Source: Bacteroidetes bacterium GWF2_43_63
GTDB lineage: Bacteria; Bacteroidota; Bacteroidia; Bacteroidales; DTU049
Direction of reading: 5' to 3'
Assembly: GCA_001769275.1 (NCBI GenBank)
Contig: MEOQ01000012.1
Coordinates: forward strand, 145,633-209,632
Length of the DNA stretch: 64,000 bases
The translations under genes were made by a program, and so were the position numbers. Under the pieces are notes generated by a model. That model was given only the letters and a program-made list of their open reading frames with translations, searched no databases and had not been told where the DNA came from. The number at the start of each line of letters is the position of its first letter. Within the stretch, counting starts at the first letter, position 1. Of the stretch, positions 55,411-64,000 are shown piece after piece.

Positions 55411-56324
55411 TACAATTTGCCGTAAACGAAAATATCGACAGGACTTTGTGGGACGCTGCAGTGATGCAATCTTCGCAACCAATGGTTTATGCAATGTCCT
55501 GGTATCTCGATCTTACGGCACCAGGCTGGAATGGTCTGATAGAAGAGAATTATCAATCCGTAATGCCACTCGTCGGAGAAAAAAAATTCGGAATAAACTA
55601 TTTGTTTCAACCCCCGTTTTGTCAGCAACTCGGTGTTTTTGGGAAAGATATTTCCAGCGATGTTGTGAAACGCTTTCTGAAGGCCATTCCGCAAAAGTAT
55701 CGCTTTGCTGAAATCATGCTGAACGAACAAAATACAATTGATGTTTCTGGCGTTGAAATGCTCACCAATATTACACTTCAGCTCAGTTACAGCATCGAAG
55801 AACTTCGGAATAAATACAACGACAACACCCGGCGAAATATCAAAAAAGCCGTTCAGAGCGCTGTTTCGTTGCATAAAGGATTTGATATCGAAAAAATAAT
55901 CACTCTCTTTCGCGAAAATAAAGGCGAAGCGATTGGCAAAAGCGATGCATGGTATGCCCATCTGCTCACGCTTTCCTATCAGCTCCGCCATCGCGGCATG
56001 GCTACGACCTGGAGTGCGCTGAACGAACATAATGATATCATTGCCGGAATACTTACGGTGGAATTCGAAGGTCGCGTGATTCTGCTGTTTAGCGGCTCTG
56101 GCAGCGAAGCACGTGAAACGGGCGCCATGCACTTTTTGATAGATTCAATTCTTGCAGACACCTGCAACACGCATCAGATATTCGATTTCGAAGGCAGCAA
56201 CAACGAAAACCTTGCGCGCTTTTATCTTGGATTTGGTGGAGAAAAATCTTCCTATCCGTTTGTGCGGATCAATCGATTGCCGCTTCCTGTGCGATGGATG
56301 AAAGACAAAGGGGTTTCGGTCTGA
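55407..56324 (+). CDS. FemAB / GNAT-fold acyltransferase-like protein
   Basis: 305 aa. FDFEGSNNENLARFYLGFGG is typical of the FemAB-like / BioF2-like acetyltransferase superfamily. A 4-nt overlap with the upstream gene. Confidence 0.4.
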   Translation: MIQFAVNENIDRTLWDAAVMQSSQPMVYAMSWYLDLTAPGWNGLIEENYQSVMPLVGEKKFGINYLFQPPFCQQLGVFGKDISSDVVKRFLKAIPQKYRFAEIMLNEQNTIDVSGVEMLTNITLQLSYSIEELRNKYNDNTRRNIKKAVQSAVSLHKGFDIEKIITLFRENKGEAIGKSDAWYAHLLTLSYQLRHRGMATTWSALNEHNDIIAGILTVEFEGRVILLFSGSGSEARETGAMHFLIDSILADTCNTHQIFDFEGSNNENLARFYLGFGGEKSSYPFVRINRLPLPVRWMKDKGVSV

Positions 56325-56372
56325 AATTATTCGAAAAAAAACAAATATACTTGCAGAATACAAGAATAGTAT

Positions 56373-56380
56373 ATACTTTT
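56373..56380 (+). promoter_or_regulatory. Candidate -7 box TACTTTTG for the toxin-antitoxin operon
   Basis: Matches TAnnTTTG, 23 nt upstream of the ATG at 56404. Confidence 0.4.
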
Positions 56381-56403
56381 GTAATATACCAATAAGATAC
56401 ATC

Positions 56404-56637
56404 ATGAAAACACTTTCATTAAAACTGGATGAGAATGTGTTTCTGGAAACGGAAAAAGTATTATCAGAAATAAAGAAACCACGCAATCGCTACATCAACG
56501 AAGCGCTGAAATTCTATAACGCACTACAGAAAAGGCGGTTGTTGTCAAAAAAATTAAAAACCGAATCAGGGTTGGTGGCAGAAGAATCCATGAACATTCT
56601 GTATGAATTCGAAAACCTCGAAGACTATGAAGATTAA
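56404..56637 (+). CDS. Ribbon-helix-helix (CopG-like) antitoxin
   Basis: 77 aa. N-terminal beta-strand MKTLSLKLDENVF and an acidic C-terminus (EFENLEDYED). Overlaps the toxin gene by 11 nt. Confidence 0.6.
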   Translation: MKTLSLKLDENVFLETEKVLSEIKKPRNRYINEALKFYNALQKRRLLSKKLKTESGLVAEESMNILYEFENLEDYED

Positions 56638-56977
56638 GCAGTTTGACATCTGGATTGCCAATCTGGATCCTCATTTTGGGACAGAAGCCGGGAAAGCCAG
56701 ACCTGTTCTGATAATACAATCCAACCTCCTGAATGATATTCATCCATCAACGCTGATTTGTCCTATAACGACGAATATTCAGCCAAAAGCAGAAATACTG
56801 AGGGTTCATTTAAAGAAAGGTCATTTCGGGCTTAAACAGAATTGCGATATTATGATTGATCAGATCAGAGCTATCGACAACAAACGGCTGATGAAACGTG
56901 TCGGGCGTATATCCGAATCGTTGATTGAAAAAGTGAAAGAGAATATCGCCATTGTGCTGGATTTGTCAAAAATCTGA
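56627..56977 (+). CDS. PemK/MazF-family endoribonuclease toxin
   Basis: Start moved to MKIKQFDIWIANLDPHFGTEAGKARPVLIIQSN... ICPITT and IDQIRAIDKxRL-type motifs. Confidence 0.85.
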   Translation: MKIKQFDIWIANLDPHFGTEAGKARPVLIIQSNLLNDIHPSTLICPITTNIQPKAEILRVHLKKGHFGLKQNCDIMIDQIRAIDNKRLMKRVGRISESLIEKVKENIAIVLDLSKI

Positions 56978-57006
56978 TATCACACACAGTGATTGAAATG
57001 CAAAGA

Positions 57007-57025
57007 GGCGCAGTCCCCCTGCGCC
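57007..57025. terminator. GC-rich hairpin between convergent genes (mazF-like and S46 peptidase)
   Basis: ggcgcag-tcccc-ctgcgcc, a 7-bp stem. The flanking T-run is weak (tctttgcattt on the minus strand). Confidence 0.4.
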
Positions 57026-57057
57026 CCTAAACCATCATTCCAAATCAAAAACAAAAA

Positions 57058-59238
57058 TTATTTGCGTATTTCAAGCTCTTCGATGAGCCTGCTTCCGCCT
57101 GCATATTTGTCGATATAAAAAAGAACATAACGAATGTCAACACAAATGCAACGCTGCAATGCCGGTTCAAAAACGATGTCGCCCGACATAGCTTCCCAGT
57201 TGCCATCGAAAGCAAGACCAATGAGTTCGCCATTGCCGTTAAGCACAGGGGAACCGCTGTTTCCGCCAGTGATATCATTGTTTGTGAGAAAACAGGTGAT
57301 CATGGTGCCATTTTCGCCCCATTGTCCGAAGTCTTTTTTCTCATACAATTCTTTCAGTTTCGCAGGAACAATAAATTCATCATTGTCTGGATTCTCTTTT
57401 TCCATAACACCATTGAGAGTGGTCACAAAATCATAGTCAATGGCATCGCCGGCACTATAGGAAAGTACTTGTCCGTAAGACAGACGCAAGGTGCTGTTGG
57501 CATCAGGATAGAAATGCTTTTCCGGGTGCATTTCGCGCAATCCCTGCACATACAGACGCATTCCCTGAGTAAGCTGATAATTAAGCGGATTGATTTCAGC
57601 GACCAGTTTGTTGTATATGTCATAGACCTGTACTGCTGCTTCGAATAAAGGATCTTTAGCTAAAACATCTTTTGTTGGCTTATTCAGAAACGCATCCATT
57701 TTATCCTGGTTTGAAAAAATTGAGACGAGAAAAGCAAAATCTGAATAAAGGCTGTAATCATTTTTAAATTTACTGCTGACAACGGAGAAAAAAGCAGGAT
57801 GGTATTCCGTTGGAACATCAGCAGCATACATAGCCGACATGGCGCTGAAAAGCTGCATCTCGGTTTTATGATCAAAAGTTGTGAAATGTTTTTCAGCCTG
57901 ATTTTTCAACGATTTTACCATTTCCTCAACTTTCGCAAGATTTGGCTTTTCGGCTGAAAGCTCGGCCATCAGAGACCTGAATCTCCCTGCAAAAGATATT
58001 ACATCACTTCCGCGGAAAAAAGCTTCTGAAATATAATACTGAACTTTGCGCAAGAAGCTCAGCTTCTCGATAGAATTGTGCGTTTTCACCAATGCGGCTT
58101 TGTAATAACCGAATTTGGGAATACCATCATTATTCACCCATGTTTCAAAATCGTCCTCCAATATCTTCTTACGATCAATCACATTGTTACGCTCAATTCC
58201 CTTGTTTTGTCCAATATAATACTTCCAGTAATTGGCGGTGGTAGCGTATTTGCTGGCATAACGAAGTCTGACTTCATCACTTGCTTTCATGTTTAAATCC
58301 ATGATTGCCAGTTTTTTCTCCCGAATCTTTACAATAGATGGATTGACATATAAATAATTTGACTCAACTTCTTCGCTGGTGATGTATCGCGAGGTGCGAC
58401 CCGGGTAACCGAAAACCATTGCAAAATCATTTTCCTTTTTGGGTTTGATCGAAACCGGAAGAGAATGCTTTGGCTTCATTGGAATATTGTCTTTGCTATA
58501 CTTGGCTGGTTTACCGTCGGGGCCTGTGTAAACGCGAAAAACACTGAAATCGCCTGTGTGACGGGGCCACATCCAGTTGTCGGTATCACCGCCAAAATTA
58601 CCAATGGACGACGGTGGGTTCAGCACCAAACGAACATCGGAATAAACCTCATAAACAAACAGGTAATATTCATTCCCATAGAAAAAGGGTTTCACACTTG
58701 CTTCCTGATATTTTTCCGATACGGCGCCCTTTTCGAGTCTCTTCGAAATGCGGTCTACAATCTCTTCGCGCTCCATTTCAGTGGCTTCGAAAGGAATAGA
58801 ATCAAGGATTTGTTTGCTGACGTCTTCGATTCGCAACAGAAAGCGTACATTTAGGTTTGATGCCGGGAATAATTCATCAGCCATGGTTGCAGCATAATAT
58901 CCGTTGGTCAGTATATCGTTTTCAACGGTACTCAATGAAGCGATTGAAGCATAGCCACAATGGTGATTTGTGAATATCAGCCCCTGATCGGAAACGATCT
59001 CGCCAGTGCAACCTCCGCCGAAAATCACAATTGCATCTTTCAGACTTCCGTTATTGACTGAATAAATTTCTTCGGGCGTCAGATGAAGCCCCATTTTTTG
59101 CATGTCGGTGTAATTCAGCCGGTCAATAAACATTGGAAGCCACATTCCCTCATCGGCTCTGGCCTGAAAAAAACTCACAATCACAATCAGAACCGCAATA
59201 AAACTTTTCCTGTTTTTCATAATCTGATACTGGTGCAT
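57058..59238 (-). CDS. S46-family dipeptidyl-peptidase (DPP7/DPP11-like serine peptidase)
   Basis: Signal peptide, then the DEGMWLP N-terminal signature, the His region TNHHCG, and the catalytic Ser motif TGGNSGSPVLN. An alternative start lies at 59220 (MKNRKSF). Confidence 0.88.
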   Translation of the reverse strand: MHQYQIMKNRKSFIAVLIVIVSFFQARADEGMWLPMFIDRLNYTDMQKMGLHLTPEEIYSVNNGSLKDAIVIFGGGCTGEIVSDQGLIFTNHHCGYASIASLSTVENDILTNGYYAATMADELFPASNLNVRFLLRIEDVSKQILDSIPFEATEMEREEIVDRISKRLEKGAVSEKYQEASVKPFFYGNEYYLFVYEVYSDVRLVLNPPSSIGNFGGDTDNWMWPRHTGDFSVFRVYTGPDGKPAKYSKDNIPMKPKHSLPVSIKPKKENDFAMVFGYPGRTSRYITSEEVESNYLYVNPSIVKIREKKLAIMDLNMKASDEVRLRYASKYATTANYWKYYIGQNKGIERNNVIDRKKILEDDFETWVNNDGIPKFGYYKAALVKTHNSIEKLSFLRKVQYYISEAFFRGSDVISFAGRFRSLMAELSAEKPNLAKVEEMVKSLKNQAEKHFTTFDHKTEMQLFSAMSAMYAADVPTEYHPAFFSVVSSKFKNDYSLYSDFAFLVSIFSNQDKMDAFLNKPTKDVLAKDPLFEAAVQVYDIYNKLVAEINPLNYQLTQGMRLYVQGLREMHPEKHFYPDANSTLRLSYGQVLSYSAGDAIDYDFVTTLNGVMEKENPDNDEFIVPAKLKELYEKKDFGQWGENGTMITCFLTNNDITGGNSGSPVLNGNGELIGLAFDGNWEAMSGDIVFEPALQRCICVDIRYVLFYIDKYAGGSRLIEELEIRK

Positions 59239-59381
59239 TTTCGAATCGCAATATTATAACATTTTTTTCACTTGAGGCCAATCTAAAGGCAATAAGCAAA
59301 TTGTTTTCGACAAACCAGACAAATTCATAAACATAACATGATAAATTTTGTCCCAGGATTTACATTTTGGGATAAAAATAC

Positions 59382-59416
59382 AAATACCGCCTCTCCTTTG
59401 CGGTGAAGCGGTATTT
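59382..59416 (-). terminator. Rho-independent terminator after the C25 gene
   Basis: The minus strand reads aataccgc-ttcaccgcaaaggagag-gcggtatt followed by tgtattttta. Confidence 0.5.
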
Positions 59417-59436
59417 GCCGAAAAATATCTGCAGCT

Positions 59437-62400
59437 TTATTGCCCTGCGGTCATGATCATTCGCGAAATGCTTCCTTCTGAAGTCTTAACGCGGATAAAA
59501 TAAACTCCGGAACTCAAAGCGCCTGCATTCAGCTCTGTTCGGTTAATGCCAGCATCCATGGTTCCACTGTACATAACATTAATCAGACGGCCCGTGTTGT
59601 CAAGAAGCTCAATGCTGACTTCATCAGCATTTGCCAGGTTGATGTCTACAAACATCAGGTCTGTAGACGGATTGGGATAAATGTTAAATCCGAAAGAAAA
59701 TTCATTGCAGCCCGTCGAAGTTGCCAAAGGTGGAAACACAATGTAATCGACCCATGCAGCATCGGAACCGCCAATGGCAGTGTAGTCCTTTGCGTATTTC
59801 CAGTTGAAAGTGTGAGGTCCTGCTGAAACCGGATATGCTACACGTGCCCAATCCTTTTCTCCATCCCACCAAGCTTGGGAAGCTGCGTCTATAAGAAATT
59901 CAAGATAATCCCACTGACTGGAACTTGCACTGCCATTCTCACAACTCACCTTGCGGTAAAATGAAATACTGTCATTGGCGGCCACATCCCAATCAATCGA
60001 CATAACTGAAGTCTGATCGTCTGAAATAACACCCGATTTTGAACAATATACTCCTTCATAAGGATTTTCTGTTGTAACGATCCAAGGTGAATTTCCACTG
60101 GTAGTCCAGGTGAATTGCGACAGATCACCGGTTTCATAGTCTTCGTCAACAATGCCTACTTTGAAGGTAAACACTTTCTGAACCTGATAATATCCAGTTC
60201 CGAGCGTATATGTAATGCTAACAGCTGAGCCAAGAGTGGCACCAGCATCAACCGATAACGAAAAGTCAGCACCAATCATAGTTGCAGGATTCAGATTGCC
60301 AATATTATCAGTTCCGGTGATAATAGTCACCAAAGAACTGCCGCTTGTGATTGTTCCGTTTGCATTTGTATAAACGGCATGTCCATTATTGACAGATTCA
60401 ATATTCACATTGATTGTTTCACCCGGATCAAGTTGTCCGTTGTTGTTACCAGCTGCATCATCAATGGTAAGTGTTCCAATCATCAGATATGGGGCGTTAA
60501 CAATAATATTGAATGAAGAGTTCCATGAATTGGCACCGTCAACAGCAACAATGTCAAAAGGAATTGTGGTCTGATCATTCACATTGCTCCCTACTGAAAC
60601 ACCATACGCACTATTCACAAGTTTGGTTGCACTGGCATTTATAGCACCATAGTTTTCAGTATTGTCTGTAATAGTAACGGCCGGACTTGCCGTCGAAATT
60701 GTTGCAACAACATTGGCTGCATTTGCAATGCCGGTGTTAAGTAAGGTGACGTTCAAAAGAATATTTTCGCCATAATCGGCCTGAGCATTATTATTGCCGG
60801 TGGCATCGTTTATGGTCGAAGTGCTGTAAACCACATAGGGTCCGGTTGCAGCAATTACTGCCACTTCCCCGACATATGGGATATAATTGTATTTAGTGGC
60901 TGTAACAATCAGCGTATCGATAGCTGTTAGAGCAGTAAAGCTAACCGTTGTTGTGCCTCCGTTTATTATGTTGGTTCCGATAATGCTGTCGTTTAAAGTA
61001 ACTGTGATAAATGCGCCTTCGGCATTGCAGTTCACAGCAAGCTGGCTGGTGCCGATGGGCACAGTTGCCTGATGAGTTACCGTCATCGATTTGGCAGTGT
61101 CCGTTCTGATCATAAGTGAAGGATCTCCGAAAATGGTCCAGGTGTCGGTCATATCTGCGCCGCCAGTGCCATAGCTGTCATTCATTTTCATGCAACCACT
61201 CATAACAACACCACCAAAAGTGTGTTTAATATTGCCGGCAGATGTTTCACAAATTACATTAACCATTTCATCCTGCCCTTCCATAGGCGGTGCCCAGGAT
61301 TGATTGATGGTACTCATAATAGTTGCCGCTGCACCTTTTGGAGTAGTACCCGTACGGGCGCGCAGCCATGCTTCGGCGAAACAGGTTGTTCCAACAAAAT
61401 TTCCGTTTACACAAGCAACAGATAGAATTATCGGCCACTGGGTTGTATTGGTAAGCGCATTAACATTGGTGTTGCTGAATCCTGTGGTAACAAAATAATC
61501 ATCGCCGCCGTGACCACAATAAAGAAGCAGACCTGCTCCACCATTTAGAACAGTTGTAACCCCTGCTGCTGTGGCGTCACCAGCAGCATCAAGGCCGCCC
61601 TGAGAGCCATCAAACAATTCGTATTTGGTTTCGTATTCGTAATTGTCGCATTGAGTCTGAAGATTACGAATATGCTGGTAATCATACTCGCTATCATCTC
61701 CTGTACCCTCACTCGATGCAATGCCCAGCACTCTGTTTAACCAGTTGTTGCTGGTGTTCGGTGTCTGCTCATATGATATGGTGCGTAATACCTGTACATC
61801 AACATCAGCGATGCTTTCTGCTGAAAAACGACCGACATAAAATTCCGGATAATGATCGCTGCCGGTTTGGTATGCATATGCATTGTCGGAATGACCTGCC
61901 ACACCACTTGTAATGGGCGGGATATCCGCACCATCACCAACAAAAAGCAGAAAAGTTAGTCCATTGGTGTTGTAGTAATTTGTAACATAGGTTTTAATTG
62001 CAGTGGTTGTGGTTCCAGCTGTTGCTGTACTGACAATTTTTGTAGGAAAACCGATCCGGTTTTTCCATTGGACGTAAGGCGCCATCGCGCTCACATACTC
62101 AGGCTTTGCAATAATTAAAATATTGCCTCTTTCAGTAATCGGAGTATATCTGGTCTCCACGTAATTAATGAAATGTCTGTTGTATAATTCATCAAAACTC
62201 TCATCAACTTTGGTTACTGACTTTGTGCGGTAAAAAGGATTTTCGTTGGAATTATCCGATTCTCTGTAAACAACCACCCGAATAGTTTTTACTACCCGCA
62301 AATTGCGCGCAGCGTGATCATAGCGGAAAGGGGAAATATGCAGTGCAACCCCTCTGTAATCGCGCATGATATATGGATCCGATAGAGACGCAAAAGAGCC

Positions 62401-62841
62401 GGGAAAACTTCCGTTCTGCTGATAGGTGCGACCCCAGGTATAGGGAATGGTCGAAGGATCAATGTCTCTGGTCAGATTCCCCTTGGATGGAACGATTTCA
62501 ATATTGCTATAATCGAGATATTCGGTTGAAAGCACTTTGACTTTCATGTCAGCCATATCAGGAATAATCAGCGAATTTGAAAACTGGCACAGTGCGGGCT
62601 CTCCGGCAACAAGCATTGGCGAAGCACCCGTCATTGAAACATTCTGTTTAACGCCCTGAGAAGTCACCACATCGCTCATATAGAAACCCTGAAAATTGTA
62701 TTCGATTACGGTTTCGTCCGGGCTTGATGAAATGATGGTGTACAATGGCTTGTTCGCATCATTGTTCAGCGAATGATAAGTTTGCGCGGTCAGTGGGCCA
62801 AAGGCCACCAGCAGCAGCAGAAAAATTGTAAGGTTTTTCAT
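59437..62841 (-). CDS. C25-family (gingipain-like) cysteine peptidase with Ig-like repeats, a MAM/lectin-like module and a T9SS C-terminal sorting domain
   Basis: Signal peptide. His...Cys dyad YCGHGGDD...ILSVACVNGNF, 33 residues apart. Two NxTLLNTG / NIESVNNGH Ig-like modules. The C-terminal 80 aa (NIYPNPSTDLMFV...GVYFIRV) form a typical T9SS CTD. Confidence 0.8.
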   Translation of the reverse strand: MKNLTIFLLLLVAFGPLTAQTYHSLNNDANKPLYTIISSSPDETVIEYNFQGFYMSDVVTSQGVKQNVSMTGASPMLVAGEPALCQFSNSLIIPDMADMKVKVLSTEYLDYSNIEIVPSKGNLTRDIDPSTIPYTWGRTYQQNGSFPGSFASLSDPYIMRDYRGVALHISPFRYDHAARNLRVVKTIRVVVYRESDNSNENPFYRTKSVTKVDESFDELYNRHFINYVETRYTPITERGNILIIAKPEYVSAMAPYVQWKNRIGFPTKIVSTATAGTTTTAIKTYVTNYYNTNGLTFLLFVGDGADIPPITSGVAGHSDNAYAYQTGSDHYPEFYVGRFSAESIADVDVQVLRTISYEQTPNTSNNWLNRVLGIASSEGTGDDSEYDYQHIRNLQTQCDNYEYETKYELFDGSQGGLDAAGDATAAGVTTVLNGGAGLLLYCGHGGDDYFVTTGFSNTNVNALTNTTQWPIILSVACVNGNFVGTTCFAEAWLRARTGTTPKGAAATIMSTINQSWAPPMEGQDEMVNVICETSAGNIKHTFGGVVMSGCMKMNDSYGTGGADMTDTWTIFGDPSLMIRTDTAKSMTVTHQATVPIGTSQLAVNCNAEGAFITVTLNDSIIGTNIINGGTTTVSFTALTAIDTLIVTATKYNYIPYVGEVAVIAATGPYVVYSTSTINDATGNNNAQADYGENILLNVTLLNTGIANAANVVATISTASPAVTITDNTENYGAINASATKLVNSAYGVSVGSNVNDQTTIPFDIVAVDGANSWNSSFNIIVNAPYLMIGTLTIDDAAGNNNGQLDPGETINVNIESVNNGHAVYTNANGTITSGSSLVTIITGTDNIGNLNPATMIGADFSLSVDAGATLGSAVSITYTLGTGYYQVQKVFTFKVGIVDEDYETGDLSQFTWTTSGNSPWIVTTENPYEGVYCSKSGVISDDQTSVMSIDWDVAANDSISFYRKVSCENGSASSSQWDYLEFLIDAASQAWWDGEKDWARVAYPVSAGPHTFNWKYAKDYTAIGGSDAAWVDYIVFPPLATSTGCNEFSFGFNIYPNPSTDLMFVDINLANADEVSIELLDNTGRLINVMYSGTMDAGINRTELNAGALSSGVYFIRVKTSEGSISRMIMTAGQ

Positions 62842-62852
62842 ATTCGGGGGGG

Positions 62853-64000
62853 TTATTTAATTACTGCAAAAGATTTCGAAAAGTCAACATTGCTGCCTGT
62901 AAGCCTGATTGTATATATTCCGTTTTCGAATCCGGCAATGGCAACCGGCAAATAGAGCTGGCCTCTGACGTTACTGAATTGTTCTGCAAATACGATGCGG
63001 CCGTCAGCGGCAAAAACAGTCATCTGCACATCACCTGCCGCAACCGGAGCCGTGACAGTCACATACTCGCCAGTAGCAGGATTTGGATAAATCATCATAT
63101 CATTATCGGCAGCAGGTAACTCAATGTCAGAAGTGATTACCTGCATTGGTGGAAAAACAATATAATCAACAAATGCAGCATCCTCGCCCTCTAAATAAGA
63201 ATAGTCCTTGATGTAAGACCACTTCAGTGTTTTAATTCCCGCCGTCAGCCAGAATCTTTCCTGTGACCACGCAACTTCTCCGCTCCATTGGCCGGCTTCA
63301 GTACCATTCACAAGAAACTTGAGAAAATCCCAATCCTGTTCACTTGAAACCCTTTTGTAAAAAGAAATGGAATCATCGGATAAAACCTCAATCTGTATAG
63401 AAAGGTCAGATTGCTCATTATCACTTATAACCCCTGAACGTGCGGCAAAGGAGCCCTCAAAAGGTGTTCCCGCTGAAATAATCCAGGGTGAAGCGCCACC
63501 TGTGATCCAGGTATACTGCGTCAGATCACCGCTCTCCCAGTCCTCATCAACCTGGCCAATTGCTTTTGTAAATATTTTACTGGCTGAATAACCGGCGATA
63601 GCTTCAAGATCGAGTGTGACACTGGCGGGAGTTCCCACAGTAACTGACGATGACACCAGTACCGTATATTTGCCGGTTTCTACCAGCCCCATATACAAAC
63701 TGTCGTGCTGCCAGTTTGCCGAAGTTATAGTAAGGTCAGGGCTGCTTGTGCTCAGCACTGCTGCGGCATTCCAGATGTCGGCATGACCGTTGTTTACTAC
63801 CTGAATATACAAATCAGCTGTTTCACCAGCATCAAGTTTGTTGTTGCCATTGCCTCCCGTCGCATCATCAATCGTCAGCCCGAGAATCTGCAAATCAGGC
63901 GCATTAATTTTGATATTGAAATTGGAAGGCCAAATATTCCCGGTGCTGTCGTGAATTGTAAGAACAAATTGTGCTACGTGCTGATCCGGCACAAGACTGT
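62853..64000 (-). CDS. T9SS cargo protein paralogous to the C-terminal half of the 59437-62841 gene; 5' end outside the window
   Basis: Same module order: Ig-like FNIKINAPDLQILGLTIDDATG, then EDWESGDLTQYTWITGGASPWII, then VDYIVFPP, then the CTD MIYPNPATGEYVTV...GIYTIRL. The frame stays open to the window edge, so the GTG listed at 63992 is not the true start. Confidence 0.7.
   Translation of the reverse strand, partial: SLVPDQHVAQFVLTIHDSTGNIWPSNFNIKINAPDLQILGLTIDDATGGNGNNKLDAGETADLYIQVVNNGHADIWNAAAVLSTSSPDLTITSANWQHDSLYMGLVETGKYTVLVSSSVTVGTPASVTLDLEAIAGYSASKIFTKAIGQVDEDWESGDLTQYTWITGGASPWIISAGTPFEGSFAARSGVISDNEQSDLSIQIEVLSDDSISFYKRVSSEQDWDFLKFLVNGTEAGQWSGEVAWSQERFWLTAGIKTLKWSYIKDYSYLEGEDAAFVDYIVFPPMQVITSDIELPAADNDMMIYPNPATGEYVTVTAPVAAGDVQMTVFAADGRIVFAEQFSNVRGQLYLPVAIAGFENGIYTIRLTGSNVDFSKSFAVIK

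Noticed and set aside
55392-56132. A 246-aa minus-strand ORF.
   Set aside because: It lies entirely antisense to the 55407-56324 plus-strand gene, which is translationally coupled to its operon. The translation has no recognisable features.
63990-64000. The GTG start at 63992 given in the ORF track for the last gene.
   Set aside because: The reading frame continues without a stop to the window edge, and the paralog is much longer. The gene is truncated by the window.

Overview
This window looks like a Bacteroidota chromosomal segment. Evidence: T9SS C-terminal sorting domains, a PorV/PorQ-like barrel, C25 and S46 peptidases, and TAnnTTTG -7 boxes. About 80 protein genes are present, almost all on the minus strand.

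Blocks, left to right:
- (1) 1-9.3 kb: a same-strand cluster of thiol-redox and sulfur-transfer envelope proteins. It encodes an ArsR-like regulator, a small thioredoxin, three paralogous secreted CxxC proteins, a CcdA-like electron transporter, a DUF318/ArsP-like permease, a TonB-dependent-type barrel, two rhodanese domains and a MauE/DoxX-thioredoxin fusion. ATTTCG-N-CGAAAT palindromes sit on two of its promoters.
- (2) 9.5-10.7 kb: an AAA+ ATPase whose 5' end lies inside a 3 x 32-bp tandem repeat.
- (3) 10.8-14.6 kb, the headline: five tandem, divergent, lipoprotein-like small proteins are co-oriented and tightly packed with a radical SAM/SPASM enzyme and a DUF4846-like lipoprotein. Each small protein has a conserved A-x-L-L-R-N/R-x-L N-terminal block and a Pro-rich C-terminal half carrying Y-G-[V/P] motifs. 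I read this as a candidate uncharacterised peptide-modification (RiPP-like) system.
- (4) 15-20.8 kb: GNAT, a lipoprotein, prfB with its programmed +1 frameshift site (seen directly), an ICMT-like methyltransferase and enolase.
- (5) 20.8-38.6 kb: a complete str/S10/spc/alpha ribosomal super-operon, rpsL to rplQ. It includes rpmJ and rpmD, which I hand-translated because they are too short for the ORF track.
- (6) 39-45.1 kb: a PorV/PorQ-like barrel plus a 1684-aa C25 PorU-like protein.
- (7) 45.2-48.4 kb: corrinoid adenosyltransferase, an ABC ATPase, a methyltransferase, and a DAHP synthase/chorismate mutase fusion.
- (8) A structured intergenic element, then a receiver-PEP/pyruvate-binding fusion protein.
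- (9) radC, wecB and two uncharacterised envelope-glycan-type enzymes.
- (10) An RHH-MazF toxin-antitoxin pair.
- (11) An S46 peptidase and two tandem C25/T9SS-cargo paralogs. The last one runs off the right edge.

I found no rRNA, tRNA, CRISPR array, transposase or integrase. Several intergenic spacers are mosaics of the same short structured repeat modules. All product names come from motif recognition by eye; no database search was possible.
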